Of a stretch of 64,000 nucleotides of DNA, positions 21,317 through 31,924 are shown one piece after another (within the stretch, counting starts at the first letter, position 1; each line of letters opens with the position of its first letter). Source of the stretch: Chitinophaga pinensis (GTDB taxonomy: Bacteria; Bacteroidota; Bacteroidia; UBA4408); NCBI GenBank assembly GCA_945861665.1, contig CAMAVS010000010.1:13371-77370 (forward strand), given 5' to 3'. The position numbers were made by a program, and so were the translations under genes. The notes beneath the pieces are model-generated. The model was not told where the DNA came from and did no database searches. It saw only the letters and a list, made by a program, of their open reading frames with translations.

Positions 21317-22831
21317 TTAAATATTCTCAGGTCGCATTTGCGGAAAGAACAATACATCTTGAATAGAATGCGAATTGGTCATTAGCATAGCCAATCTGTC
21401 AATTCCAATACCCATGCCTGAAGTAGGTGGCATACCGTATTCCAAAGCACGAATAAAATCATAGTCGATAAACATTGCTTCATCATCACCTTTTTCGGAT
21501 AAGCGAAGTTGCTCTTCAAAGCGCGCTCGTTGATCAATGGGGTCATTTAATTCCGAATAAGCATTTGCCAACTCTTTTCCATTCACCATTAATTCAAAGC
21601 GTTCTACCAAGCCTATTTTGCTACGGTGTTTTTTGCATAAGGGTGACATTTCAATTGGGTAGTCGGTAATAAATGTTGGTTGTATATAATTACCTTCGCA
21701 TTTCTCCCCAAAAATTTCATCAATAAGTTTTCCTTTCCCCATTGATTTTTCGGTATGAATTCCTAAGTCTTTGCATACATTTCTAAGTGCACCCTCATCC
21801 ATTTCCGAAATATCAATTCCTGTATGCTCCTTAATGGAATCATACATTGTAATTCGCTTAAAAGGGCGTTGAAAATCAATTTCTTTATCACCCATTTTTA
21901 TCTTCGTTTCTCTATGTAAATCAAGGGCTACTTTTTCAATCATTTCTTCTGTAAAATCCATCATCCAATTGTAGTCCTTATAAGCCACATATATTTCCAT
22001 TACAGTAAATTCGGGATTGTGTGTTCTATCCATTCCTTCGTTGCGGAAATCTTTTGCAAACTCATAAACACCATCAAAACCACCTACGATGAGTCTCTTT
22101 AGATAAAGCTCATTGGCAATACGAAGGTATAAAGGCATATCCAAGGTATTGTGATGCGTTTTAAACGGACGTGCCGCAGCGCCTCCCGGAATAGGCTGTA
22201 GGATAGGTGTTTCAACCTCAATATATCCTTTTGCATTAAAAGTATTACGCAACGATTGAATAATTTCAGTTCTTTTTTTAAAGGTTTCTCTCACTTCGGG
22301 ATTAATTATTAAATCAACGTAACGCTGACGGTAACGGAATTCAGGATCTGTAACCTCGTCAAATGCATTGCCTTCATCGTCTCTTTTTACAATAGGCAAA
22401 GGTTTTAAGGCTTTGCTTAACATTTTAAAGGAAGTTGCGTGTATAGATATTTCACCTACTTTTGTAGTAAATACATATCCTGTAATCCCAACTATATCAC
22501 CAATGTAGGTATGTTTTTTAAATACAATATCGTACAATGTTTTATCTTCTCCAGGACAAATATCATCGCGTCTTATATATAACTGTATTCTACCACTCGA
22601 ATCTTGTAAACTCAAAAAACATGCCTTTCCCATATCACGCACACTCATTACACGCCCTGCAATACTTACATTTGTATAGGATTGATTCTCCGCAGTATAC
22701 TTCTCCAGTATTTCTTTGGCAGAAACATTTATTTCAAATAGGTCGGCAGGATAGGCGTTGACGCCCATATTAGTAAGCTCTTCCAGCGATTTTCTTCTTA
22801 CTATTTCTTGTTCACTTAATTCAGGTGTCAT
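21317..22831 (-). CDS. lysS: Lysine--tRNA ligase (class II)
   Basis: RYRQRYVDL, GGAAARPF, YLRIANELYLKRL, FRNEG, HNPEF, YGMPPTSG.GIGIDRL. Confidence 0.99.
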   Translation of the reverse strand: MTPELSEQEIVRRKSLEELTNMGVNAYPADLFEINVSAKEILEKYTAENQSYTNVSIAGRVMSVRDMGKACFLSLQDSSGRIQLYIRRDDICPGEDKTLYDIVFKKHTYIGDIVGITGYVFTTKVGEISIHATSFKMLSKALKPLPIVKRDDEGNAFDEVTDPEFRYRQRYVDLIINPEVRETFKKRTEIIQSLRNTFNAKGYIEVETPILQPIPGGAAARPFKTHHNTLDMPLYLRIANELYLKRLIVGGFDGVYEFAKDFRNEGMDRTHNPEFTVMEIYVAYKDYNWMMDFTEEMIEKVALDLHRETKIKMGDKEIDFQRPFKRITMYDSIKEHTGIDISEMDEGALRNVCKDLGIHTEKSMGKGKLIDEIFGEKCEGNYIQPTFITDYPIEMSPLCKKHRSKIGLVERFELMVNGKELANAYSELNDPIDQRARFEEQLRLSEKGDDEAMFIDYDFIRALEYGMPPTSGMGIGIDRLAMLMTNSHSIQDVLFFPQMRPENI

Positions 22832-22951
22832 ACAATTGTATTTTTTACAAATATAAAATTAAGGTGTCAAATTATGGTGGTATTGGGTATTTAAATACAA
22901 CCAATTAAGTTTTTTATTAAATTTACTTTCTTTTTTAAGACCAAAAAGATT

Positions 22952-23938
22952 ATGAAAAATTTAATTGCCGATTTTGCTCACCAATTGGAGCAGGCGATAA
23001 AAATTGGTAACAGTAGTAAATTTACACAAGCAAATTGTACAATTTGCAATGTACTTATTTCTGGACTTGGTGGTTCCGGGATAGGTGGAAGTATTGTTTC
23101 TGAATTGGTATCAAAAGATGCCTCAGTGCCTATAATGGTGAATAAAGATTACTTTATTCCTGCATTTGTAGGGCCATCAACACTTGTCATTATTTCATCT
23201 TATTCAGGAAATACCGAAGAAACAATTCAATCTATGAAGTTTGCTATTCAAAGAGGAGCAAAAATAGTTTGTATCTCTTCCGGAGGAAAAATAAGAGAAA
23301 TAGCGTTAAAAAACAAGTTCGATTATATTGAAATACCTTCCGGAATGCCTCCAAGAGCATGTTTAGGTTACTCCCTTACTCAACTTTTTTTTATTTTGAA
23401 TGCTTTTGGAATAATTTCAGATGGATATAAAGGTCAGCTAAAGGATGCAATAAAAAACATTGTAGAAAATGAAAGGTACATTATAGATGAAGCTAAAAAA
23501 ATGGCAGAACTTATTCATTTAAAAACTCCGATTATATATACAACCGTTGGTTACGAAGGAATTGCAATAAGGCTTCGTCAGCAGTTAAATGAAAATTCTA
23601 AAATATTAGGTTGGCATCACATTTTCCCCGAATTAAATCATAATGAATTGGTTGGTTGGAGAAAAGAAAATAATCATTTAGCTGTAATTATACTTCGTAA
23701 TCAATCAGATTATGTTCGTACACAAGAACGAATTCGTATTAGCAAAGAAGTTTTTAGTAAGTATACCAGTTCGGTTATTGATGTTTATTCAATAGGAAAT
23801 TCACCTATTGAAAATGCAATTTATTTTATCCATTTGGGCGATTGGACTTCCTATTTCCTTGCCGAAAAGGGCGATTACGATGCCAATGAAATTCAGGTAA
23901 TCAATCACTTAAAAAATGAACTTTCAAAGTTAGATTAG
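22952..23938 (+). CDS. Bifunctional phosphoglucose/phosphomannose isomerase (SIS family)
   Basis: GLGGSGIGG, SYSGNTEET, SSGG, PPR, QLNENSK, PELNHNE. Confidence 0.93.
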   Translation: MKNLIADFAHQLEQAIKIGNSSKFTQANCTICNVLISGLGGSGIGGSIVSELVSKDASVPIMVNKDYFIPAFVGPSTLVIISSYSGNTEETIQSMKFAIQRGAKIVCISSGGKIREIALKNKFDYIEIPSGMPPRACLGYSLTQLFFILNAFGIISDGYKGQLKDAIKNIVENERYIIDEAKKMAELIHLKTPIIYTTVGYEGIAIRLRQQLNENSKILGWHHIFPELNHNELVGWRKENNHLAVIILRNQSDYVRTQERIRISKEVFSKYTSSVIDVYSIGNSPIENAIYFIHLGDWTSYFLAEKGDYDANEIQVINHLKNELSKLD

Positions 23939-23975
23939 TTTCAAAATTGAATAGCTTTCCTTATATATTATTACA

Positions 23976-24686
23976 ATGCAGCAAGTAGTTTTTCGTAACC
24001 TTGGCTCAGTTGATTATAAAGAAGCTTGGGATTATCAAGAAAAATTATTTCAAACTATAATCGCACAAAAGTTAGCAAATAGAGTTGGAGGAAATGTCAT
24101 AGAAACAACAAAGAGTTATTTGCTGTTTTGCGAACACCCACACGTATATACACTAGGTAAAAGTGGCTCGCAAGATAATTTACTTGTGAATAAAAATCAG
24201 TTACAGGATGCGAATGCTTCTTTTTATAAAATTAATCGTGGTGGCGATATAACATATCACGGCCCCGGACAGTTAGTTGTTTACCCGATTTTAGATTTAG
24301 ATAATTTCTTCACAGATATTCATAAATATTTGCGCTTTTTGGAAGAGGCTATTATTCTTACTCTCGCAGATTATGGAATACACGGTGAGAGTTTTAAGGG
24401 ATTTACCGGTGTATGGCTCGATGTAACCATTCCTGAAAAAACTCGTAAAATATGTGCAATGGGAGTAAGGTGTAGTCGTTGGGTAACAATGCACGGATTA
24501 GCGTTTAATGTAAATACGGAACTGGATTATTTTAAAAACATTGTCCCTTGTGGTATTAATGACAAGGCAGTGACTTCTATTGAAAAGGAATTAGGAAGAA
24601 AAATTGAAATGAGAGAAGTGGAAGGGATACTGAAAAAGCATTTATCAGATTTGTTCGAAATGGAATTAATCGCTGAATTAAATTAA
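23976..24686 (+). CDS. lipB: Lipoyl(octanoyl) transferase
   Basis: EHPHVYTLG, RGGDITYHGPGQ, KICAMG, HGLAFNVN, IVPCGI. Confidence 0.97.
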   Translation: MQQVVFRNLGSVDYKEAWDYQEKLFQTIIAQKLANRVGGNVIETTKSYLLFCEHPHVYTLGKSGSQDNLLVNKNQLQDANASFYKINRGGDITYHGPGQLVVYPILDLDNFFTDIHKYLRFLEEAIILTLADYGIHGESFKGFTGVWLDVTIPEKTRKICAMGVRCSRWVTMHGLAFNVNTELDYFKNIVPCGINDKAVTSIEKELGRKIEMREVEGILKKHLSDLFEMELIAELN

Positions 24687-25843
24687 TGAAAGTCCTGAAG
24701 AGGATAGGTATGTATTTGTTAGCGGTAATTTTGTTACTGAATGTATGTATTTTGTTTTCAGGTAATCTTTACATATACAAGACAGTTTCAAATACCATTT
24801 TGAAGGGACGGTTAGGGCCATCATCCGATGAATATGCTATATTTAGTAATCGTGAAATAAAAACGGCTACCGAGCAAAAATGGTCGATTGCTAAGAGCTA
24901 TAATAAGTATAATATCCCTGCCAATACAAAGACACAATTTGAATTGTATAAGCCAATTGCTTTTCTTGTGATTCAAAATGATAGTATACAATACGAAGAA
25001 TATTGGGACACTTATTCTGAACATTCAGTGACCAATTCTTTTTCAATGGCAAAAAGTTTTGTAAGCATATTGGTTGGTTGCGCTATTGATGAAGGAAAAA
25101 TAAAAAGTGTTGATCAGGCAGTTGGAGATTTTATTCCTCAGTACAATGAAGGCAATAATAAAAAAGTTACTATTCAGCACTTACTCAATATGAGTTCAGG
25201 AATTAATTTTGACGAAGATTATATAAATCCACTGGCATACCCTACAAGGGGTTTATACGGGGACGACATTACAACACTTACTTTGGCTTATAAACTCACC
25301 ACAGAGCCAGGAAAGAAATTTGAATACTTAAGTGGGAATACTGAACTGTTGGCATTTGTATTGAAAAAAGCAACTGGTAAGACACTAAGTGATTATGCTT
25401 CCGAAAAATTATGGAAACCTATGGGGGCAAGCAGTAATGCACTTTGGAGTTTAGATCACGAAAATGGAACAGAAAAGGCCTATTGTTGTATTAACTCAAA
25501 TGCTCGTGATTTTGCACGGGTTGCTAAATTATATTTAGATTCCGGTCGCTGGAACGGAAAACAATTAGTGAATGAGCAATATGTTCTTAATTCTATTAAA
25601 CCTGCTGATTTAATAAATAAAGAAGGAAATAAAATAGACTACTACGGCTATAGTTGGTGGCTGCTGAATTACAAAGGTAATTCTATTTTTTATGCACGCG
25701 GAATATTAGGTCAGTATGTTATTGCAATACCCGATAGGAATATGATAATAGTGCGTTTGGGTCATAAGCGTTCGAAAGAAAAAATAGGAGAACACCCCAA
25801 AGATTTATATCTATACATTGACGAAGCATTAAATATGAATTAA
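24686..25843 (+). CDS. Serine hydrolase, beta-lactamase class C-like family
   Basis: SMAK (SxxK), LLNMSSG, PGKKFEY, LWKPMG, RDFAR, YGYSWW. Confidence 0.9.
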   Translation: MKVLKRIGMYLLAVILLLNVCILFSGNLYIYKTVSNTILKGRLGPSSDEYAIFSNREIKTATEQKWSIAKSYNKYNIPANTKTQFELYKPIAFLVIQNDSIQYEEYWDTYSEHSVTNSFSMAKSFVSILVGCAIDEGKIKSVDQAVGDFIPQYNEGNNKKVTIQHLLNMSSGINFDEDYINPLAYPTRGLYGDDITTLTLAYKLTTEPGKKFEYLSGNTELLAFVLKKATGKTLSDYASEKLWKPMGASSNALWSLDHENGTEKAYCCINSNARDFARVAKLYLDSGRWNGKQLVNEQYVLNSIKPADLINKEGNKIDYYGYSWWLLNYKGNSIFYARGILGQYVIAIPDRNMIIVRLGHKRSKEKIGEHPKDLYLYIDEALNMN

Positions 25844-25846
25844 TAT

Positions 25847-27013
25847 ATGCTGTTTTCTGCTGATTATATTTTTCCTGTATCAACCCCACCCATTAAAAAT
25901 GGTATTGTAGAAGTTGATGAGGAAGGCATAATTTTAGCAATTTACTCTCCCGAAAATTTCAAGGGTAATAAAACACATATTCAATTTTACAAGGGAATTA
26001 TTTGTCCGGGTTTTGTAAATGTTCATTGCCATTTGGAACTTTCTCATTTAAAAGGAAAGTTAACGGAAGGAACAGGTCTTGATAATTTCATAAAACAAAT
26101 AGAAGAGAGCAGGGGCGCAACAGAAAAGGAAATTTTTTCTGCTATTGAGGAAGCGGAGGTAGAGATGATAAAAAACGGCATTGTGGCAGTTGGCGACATT
26201 TCCAACACTGCTCATTCATTTAAACAAAAAGAGAAAAAAAATATATACTACCATACCTTTATTGAATTATTGGGTTTTCATCCCGATAAAGCTGATAAAG
26301 CACTTGAAATTGGTTTGAGTTTATACAAACAATTGCAAGGGCTAGGTTCAATTACCTTGCATGCACCGTATTCGGCATCAACAAAATTGCTTTCGAAAAT
26401 TAATAACTGGTCTGGAGAACATAAAAGTATTATCTCAATGCACAATCAGGAGAGCGAGGATGAGAATTTATTATTTGTAGAAAAAAAAGGAAAAATTCTT
26501 GAACGGTTAAAGCAATTTGGAATTGACACTGATTTTTTTGAACCTAGCGGTTTTAGTTCATTGCAATCGGCATTGATACATCTTACAAAATGCGATAAAA
26601 TATTATTGGTACACAATACTTTTACAAGGCAGGAAGATATTGAATGGGCGCAACAATTCAACACACATATTTTTTGGTGCTTTTGTCCGAATGCCAATTT
26701 ATATATTGAAAACAGATTGCCCAATATTCCGCTTTTTGTAAAAAATAATTGTACCATTTGTATTGGAACGGATAGTTTAGCTTCCAATTGGGGCTTGTCT
26801 ATTTTAGACGAACTAAAGAGTATACAAAAATCCTATCCCCAGATTTCTTTAGCGGAATTAATTACCTGGTCAACGCTCAATGGAGCTGCTTTTTTAGGCA
26901 TTGAAAATGAAATAGGTTCTATTGAAGTAGGGAAAAAACCGGGCTTAAATTTAATTTCAAATTTGGATGGTCTGAAATTGAATGATGTTTCAAATGTGTT
27001 GAAGCTAGTATAA
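25847..27013 (+). CDS. Amidohydrolase family protein (nucleoside deaminase-like)
   Basis: PGFVNVHCHLELS, HAPYS, HNQE, CPNAN, GTDSLASN, GSIEVGK. Confidence 0.88.
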   Translation: MLFSADYIFPVSTPPIKNGIVEVDEEGIILAIYSPENFKGNKTHIQFYKGIICPGFVNVHCHLELSHLKGKLTEGTGLDNFIKQIEESRGATEKEIFSAIEEAEVEMIKNGIVAVGDISNTAHSFKQKEKKNIYYHTFIELLGFHPDKADKALEIGLSLYKQLQGLGSITLHAPYSASTKLLSKINNWSGEHKSIISMHNQESEDENLLFVEKKGKILERLKQFGIDTDFFEPSGFSSLQSALIHLTKCDKILLVHNTFTRQEDIEWAQQFNTHIFWCFCPNANLYIENRLPNIPLFVKNNCTICIGTDSLASNWGLSILDELKSIQKSYPQISLAELITWSTLNGAAFLGIENEIGSIEVGKKPGLNLISNLDGLKLNDVSNVLKLV

Positions 27014-27023
27014 TTTTTTATCG

Positions 27024-27053
27024 AACATTTAGCATCCAACATCTAAAATATCT
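27024..27053. repeat. Degenerate heptamer tandem repeat between convergent genes
   Basis: AACATTT-AGCATCC-AACATCT-AA-AATATCT. Confidence 0.35.
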
Positions 27054-27056
27054 AAC

Positions 27057-28118
27057 CTATTTATATACTGGTTTTTGTACCGCTTTGTTTTTATTTGCCA
27101 ATTGTCCGCAAGCAGCATCAATGTCTTTGCCACGACTTCTTCTAACGTTAACAATCACATTTCTACTTTCCAAATAGTTTGTAAACGCTTTTAAACGAGG
27201 CTCGGTAGTTTGTTGGAATTCACTGTCATCAATGGGGTTGTATTCAATTACATTCACCTTACACGGCACGTGCATACAAAAATCAGCCAACTCTTTTGCA
27301 TCAAATAGAGTGTCATTAAAGTCTTTAAAAATAATGTATTCGTATGTTACACGGCACTCTGTTTTTTCATAAAAATAAACCAATGCTTCTGCTAAAGCCT
27401 GTAATGAGTTTTGTTCATTGATGGGCATAATATGGCTTCTTTTCTCATCGTTGGCTGCGTGTAAAGAAACAGCGAGATTGAATTTTACTTTGTCATCGCC
27501 TAACTTTTTTATCATTTTTGCTATTCCGGCAGTGGATATCGTAATACGCTGTGGCGACATATTCAAACCTTCAGGTGAAGTAATTTTTTCAACCGATTTT
27601 ATAACATTGCTGTAGTTGAGCAAGGGTTCGCCCATTCCCATATACACAATGTTTGTGAGTGGTGTTTCGTAATTATTTTCAGCTTGTTTTTTGAGCAAAA
27701 CTACTTGGTCGTATATTTCATCGGCATTCAAATTACGTAAACGTTGTAACTTACCTGTAGCGCAAAATTTACAAGTTAAGCTACAACCCACTTGTGATGA
27801 TATACAAGCTGTCATCCTATTAGTAGTAGGAATTAAAACACCTTCAACAACGTGTTGGTCGAACAGTTTAAAGGCATTTTTAATGGTGCGGTCGCTGCTT
27901 ATTTGTTGGTCGTTAATTGTGACTGCATTTATTACAAAATTGTTTTCCAATAAGCCGCGTGTGGTAATGGAGAGGTTTGTCATTTCATCAAAACGTATTG
28001 CCGACTTTTTCCAAAGCCATTCGTATACCTGTTTTGCACGAAAGGTTTTTTCGTTATTGGTATTGAAAAAATCGGTGATTTCTTCCAACGATAAAGCCCT
28101 TATATCTCTTTTGTTCAT
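27057..28118 (-). CDS. rlmN: 23S rRNA m2A2503 / tRNA A37 radical SAM methyltransferase
   Basis: CISSQVGCSLTCKFCATG, MGMGEP, SLHA, DIDAACGQL. Confidence 0.98.
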   Translation of the reverse strand: MNKRDIRALSLEEITDFFNTNNEKTFRAKQVYEWLWKKSAIRFDEMTNLSITTRGLLENNFVINAVTINDQQISSDRTIKNAFKLFDQHVVEGVLIPTTNRMTACISSQVGCSLTCKFCATGKLQRLRNLNADEIYDQVVLLKKQAENNYETPLTNIVYMGMGEPLLNYSNVIKSVEKITSPEGLNMSPQRITISTAGIAKMIKKLGDDKVKFNLAVSLHAANDEKRSHIMPINEQNSLQALAEALVYFYEKTECRVTYEYIIFKDFNDTLFDAKELADFCMHVPCKVNVIEYNPIDDSEFQQTTEPRLKAFTNYLESRNVIVNVRRSRGKDIDAACGQLANKNKAVQKPVYK

Positions 28119-28167
28119 TCATTGCAAAGGTAAGATAAAAGGGCTTTACTTTTTTGCCTACTATGTA

Positions 28168-29226
28168 TTATTTCTGCTCCATACTTCGCATTTGCATTTT
28201 CACTTTTTCATTGTCCTGTATGCGTTGTTGAAGAACATTTGCAAAGCCTCTTGCTTTTTTATTTCCAAATTTAGTGTAAGAATCTTGTGCCCATTTTACT
28301 GCAATATCTAATTTTCCTTCCACTTCCGATGCAACCGCCATATTGTAGCAAGCTCTACCCGCAATTGTTTTGTCGGTATTCAGAGCCTCTTTTTTCCACA
28401 TTTCAGCTGCTCCTTTCCAATCTCTTGTTTCTGCTTTACGTGCGGCTTGTTCCATCCAACCATTTCCTTTTTTATAATACATCCGTGAAACATTTATCCA
28501 CATCGGACTAATTCTTCTACCATAACGTTGTCCAGCATGGTATCCTACTTTTGAAAGAGCCTCCATTCTGCTAGGTATTTTTGATACAGCTTGGGCCTGA
28601 TTATCTCCGCTTCCTCCAAAATTTAAAAAATCATCCGAACGGTTTTCATCTATAATTTGTTTTGTTTTAGGATCGTATATTCTCCAACCATTTGTAATAT
28701 TCATACGCATATTTGCATTTACAATAGGTACTTCAATGTTTGTTCCCTCTGGAGTTCTGGCAGTTCTTGTTCCGGGAGTAAAATCAAGACGTGAGTCGGA
28801 ATCAAACGCTTCCAATAATATCAAGGCATCCGCTTGTTGCAAGTTGCACAAGTTTTCAATAACTCCCCATTGTAAAGGTGTTGGGAATTGTCCAGTACCT
28901 GTTCCTTCCATATTTTTTAATGGTGGGCGAACCAATTGAAAGCGAGGAGATTGTTTCATTATGTCAACCAAGCCCGACAAGCAATCTTCGGAAGCCCTTC
29001 TGTCTGTTCCAATACCTTCTCCCGTTAGTATCCCTTCCATAATATTCCAACCCTTACTCCCTTTTTCGGGATAGGTGCGGTTCATAATCACTACTTTTTG
29101 AATGTGGTCGGGAAGGGTAATGTCGGCAGGTTGTAGCACTTGTATAGAAGTGGATGATTTACCGCACCCGGCTACAACAATACAAAGTCCGATAAACAGT
29201 TTGCTAGGTAAGTTAAATAGTGTCAT
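28168..29226 (-). CDS. DUF6340-like lipoprotein with C-terminal TPR-like helices
   Basis: VAGC lipobox, VLQPADI, GWRIYDP, RISP.W...SR.YY, ACYNMAVASE..G. Confidence 0.75.
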   Translation of the reverse strand: MTLFNLPSKLFIGLCIVVAGCGKSSTSIQVLQPADITLPDHIQKVVIMNRTYPEKGSKGWNIMEGILTGEGIGTDRRASEDCLSGLVDIMKQSPRFQLVRPPLKNMEGTGTGQFPTPLQWGVIENLCNLQQADALILLEAFDSDSRLDFTPGTRTARTPEGTNIEVPIVNANMRMNITNGWRIYDPKTKQIIDENRSDDFLNFGGSGDNQAQAVSKIPSRMEALSKVGYHAGQRYGRRISPMWINVSRMYYKKGNGWMEQAARKAETRDWKGAAEMWKKEALNTDKTIAGRACYNMAVASEVEGKLDIAVKWAQDSYTKFGNKKARGFANVLQQRIQDNEKVKMQMRSMEQK

Positions 29227-29332
29227 AATGAGTGTTTTTCTGTTTTTGATTTCAAATATAATGCCAAAAATAAGTTTTCCTTAGATATCAACAAGTATAA
29301 TCGCTAAATAATTCCTTTTTTACTTTTGATTG

Positions 29333-30037
29333 ATGCATTTATTCTTTACACCTACTATACAAAATTCAACCTTTACCTTAGATGAGGAAGAGAGCAAGCA
29401 TGCAATAAGGGTATTGCGTTTGACAGTAGGAGATGTAATTTATTTGATAGATGGAAAAGGGGGAATGTATGAAACAAACATTACAGATGCCAATCCTAAA
29501 AAATGTACCGTTAGCATTGTAAAGAAAGAGCAAACGGAAAAGAGCAAAAATAGTTTGCACCTTGCTGTTGCACCCACAAAAAATATGGACAGGATGGAGT
29601 GGTTGGTTGAAAAGGTTACAGAGATAGGCATAGATGAGATATCAATGTTACTATCGGCTAATTCAGAACGGGCAGTAATTAAAATTGAACGATTGGAAAA
29701 AATTGCAGTTTCTGCCATAAAGCAATCATTAAAAACATATTTGCCTCTTATCAATGAGATTATTCCTTACAAAAAGTTTATTGAGAAAAATAAAATGTTT
29801 GTGGGTAAAAAATGTATTGCGTATTGTGGGGATGGTGAAAAACAAGCATTCAAAAACACAATTAACCTCAACTCAAATACACTTATTTTAATTGGTCCTG
29901 AAGGCGATTTTACAAAAGAGGAAGTTGCCTTTGCAATCCAAAACGGATTTGAAACCGTAAGTTTAGGAAATAGCCGATTAAGAACTGAGACAGCAGCCTT
30001 GGTTGCTTGCCATACTTTTAATTTAATACAAGAATAA
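29333..30037 (+). CDS. rsmE: 16S rRNA m3U1498 methyltransferase
   Basis: HAIRVLRL, EKVTEIG, IGPEGDF, LGNSRLRTETA. Confidence 0.97.
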   Translation: MHLFFTPTIQNSTFTLDEEESKHAIRVLRLTVGDVIYLIDGKGGMYETNITDANPKKCTVSIVKKEQTEKSKNSLHLAVAPTKNMDRMEWLVEKVTEIGIDEISMLLSANSERAVIKIERLEKIAVSAIKQSLKTYLPLINEIIPYKKFIEKNKMFVGKKCIAYCGDGEKQAFKNTINLNSNTLILIGPEGDFTKEEVAFAIQNGFETVSLGNSRLRTETAALVACHTFNLIQE

Positions 30038-30038
30038 T

Positions 30039-30602
30039 ATGTCTACACAAAATGTAAAACTACACAAGGGCAGTTTGCTAGTATCGGAACCAATGATGGT
30101 TGATAATTATTTTAAGCGATCAGTAGTGATTATCACCGAAAAAAGCGAAACAGGCTTTGTTGGATTTATTTTAAATAAGGTAGTAGACATGAAAATAAAT
30201 GAGGCCTTAAATCATTTTGAAAATTTTAATCATCACCTTTATTTTGGAGGCCCAGTGCAGCGCGATAATATATTTTATATTCACACTAAAGGGGAAGTAA
30301 TTTCGGGAAGTACTAAAATACAAAATGGGTTGTATTGGGGAGGCGATTTTGAAAAGGTTGCTGAGATGGTAAAAAATAATTTGTTACAGGAGAGTGATAT
30401 TAAGTTTTTTATCGGCTATTCAGGTTGGGAACCAGGACAATTAGAAGGCGAACTGGAAAGTGAATCGTGGATAGTGAGTGAAGCAAATGTGGACAATGTT
30501 ATGTCGGATAATTATAAAAATTTGTGGGGTAATGTATTGAAAACAATGGGCAACGAATTTGCTTTATTGTCAAATTTTCCGGAGCATCCACAACTCAATT
30601 AG
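30039..30602 (+). CDS. YqgE/AlgH family protein
   Basis: F.RSVV, GFILNK, GGPV, GYSGW.PGQL..E. Confidence 0.93.
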   Translation: MSTQNVKLHKGSLLVSEPMMVDNYFKRSVVIITEKSETGFVGFILNKVVDMKINEALNHFENFNHHLYFGGPVQRDNIFYIHTKGEVISGSTKIQNGLYWGGDFEKVAEMVKNNLLQESDIKFFIGYSGWEPGQLEGELESESWIVSEANVDNVMSDNYKNLWGNVLKTMGNEFALLSNFPEHPQLN

Positions 30603-31437
30603 TTGACATTGAATTTAAAATATCAATTAGTTTCTTAGATACGTTATTAAAATAACGCCTGTTTTTATAAAAACCTACCCAGTTAATACCCCTAACCGTA
30701 CTCGTAATAAAAAGCTCATCGGCTCCTAAAAGGTCACTGGGTCTGAGTTCTTTTTCGTATACGTTTATGCCATTTTTCTTAGCATTTTCCAAAAGCACTT
30801 TTCGCATAACACCGTTTAAGCAGCCCTCCGATAAGGTAGGCGTGTATAATGTTCCATTTACTACAATGAATAAATTGGAGCTTATGGCTTCAGTAATATT
30901 CCCTTTGTCGTTAAGCAATATACAATCGTCTAACTGCTTATTGTTTTTATATATGCTAGCTAATACATAGGTCAAACAATTATTCGTTTTAATATTAGAA
31001 AGCCCGTTCAATGATTTTTTAAAATCAGTATATAAGTCTACTAGCAATCCTTTTTTGTTTAGCTCAAATAGATTTTTTTCCAAAGGATATGCCTCTATAA
31101 TGTAGTTTGCATTATTGATTTGTGGGGCATACATTCCTTCTCCTTCTCTATAAAAAGTAATCCTAGCCCTTCCGCCAGCGGATATATTCTTTTTAGAAAT
31201 GAGTGTTTTTAGTTGTTCTTCTAAGGCTGACAGTGAATCAGTGTCAATATGCAGTTGAAGTATATTGAGTGAGCTCAATAACCTTTCGTAATGTTTGTCC
31301 CAAAATAACACCTTTCCATTTAGAATTCGTATCGATTCAAAAAAACCATCTCCATACCTAAAGGAACGGTTGTGAATAGTAAATACAGGGTTTTGAGAAT
31401 TTTCGTGTAAATTTTTATTTAAATAAAAGGATTCCAT
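30595..31437 (-). CDS. Aminotransferase class IV (4-amino-4-deoxychorismate lyase-like)
   Basis: NRSFRYGDGFFE, EAISSNLF, GCLNGVMR, ADELF. Confidence 0.88.
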   Translation of the reverse strand: MESFYLNKNLHENSQNPVFTIHNRSFRYGDGFFESIRILNGKVLFWDKHYERLLSSLNILQLHIDTDSLSALEEQLKTLISKKNISAGGRARITFYREGEGMYAPQINNANYIIEAYPLEKNLFELNKKGLLVDLYTDFKKSLNGLSNIKTNNCLTYVLASIYKNNKQLDDCILLNDKGNITEAISSNLFIVVNGTLYTPTLSEGCLNGVMRKVLLENAKKNGINVYEKELRPSDLLGADELFITSTVRGINWVGFYKNRRYFNNVSKKLIDILNSMSTN

Positions 31438-31441
31438 TGTT

Positions 31442-31924
31442 TTAGTTAATAGTATCTATTATGCTTAATAATGATTGGTTGGAATTAACCAATATCCTAT
31501 TAAGCCCAACCTTTGCAGCTGCTTCTATATCTCTTTCTCTGTCACCAATAAAATAACTTTTAGTCACATCAATATCAAAACGGCCTATAGCTTTTTCAAG
31601 TAGCAAGGAGTCGGGTTTTCTGCTTATACTTTTTCCTTTTTCGGGATGATGAGGAGAATAATATACTTCCAATACTGCGATCTTGTTTTTTATGAATTCA
31701 TCAAGCATAAAGGTATGCAAGTCATCCACATCCTTATGAGTATAAATACCTTTGTCAATACCACTTTGATTGGTGATAATAATAAAAACAAAACCTTTGT
31801 TTTGTAAAACCGTTAAAGCCTTGAAAATATCCGTAACAAATTTAAAATCATCTTTTTTAAAAGTGTATTCTCCCCGCTCTTCGTTTATTACACCATCACG
31901 GTCCAAAAAAATAACCTTTTTCAT
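31442..31924 (-). CDS. gmhB: HAD-IIIA phosphatase (GmhB/HisB-N-like)
   Basis: FLDRDGVIN, TNQSG, RKP, IGDRERD. The Zn-binding Cys positions appear replaced by Ser (YSPHH, ISRKP). Confidence 0.8.
   Translation of the reverse strand: MKKVIFLDRDGVINEERGEYTFKKDDFKFVTDIFKALTVLQNKGFVFIIITNQSGIDKGIYTHKDVDDLHTFMLDEFIKNKIAVLEVYYSPHHPEKGKSISRKPDSLLLEKAIGRFDIDVTKSYFIGDRERDIEAAAKVGLNRILVNSNQSLLSIIDTIN

Noticed and set aside
22952-23938. Archaeal-type PGI/PMI as evidence of recent transfer
   Set aside because: The family also occurs in bacteria, and the gene sits in a housekeeping run with no obvious compositional anomaly
27691-28311. 206-aa plus-strand ORF
   Set aside because: Antisense shadow of rlmN with no recognisable motifs. 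The same applies to the many 60-110 aa antisense or nested ORFs in the track.
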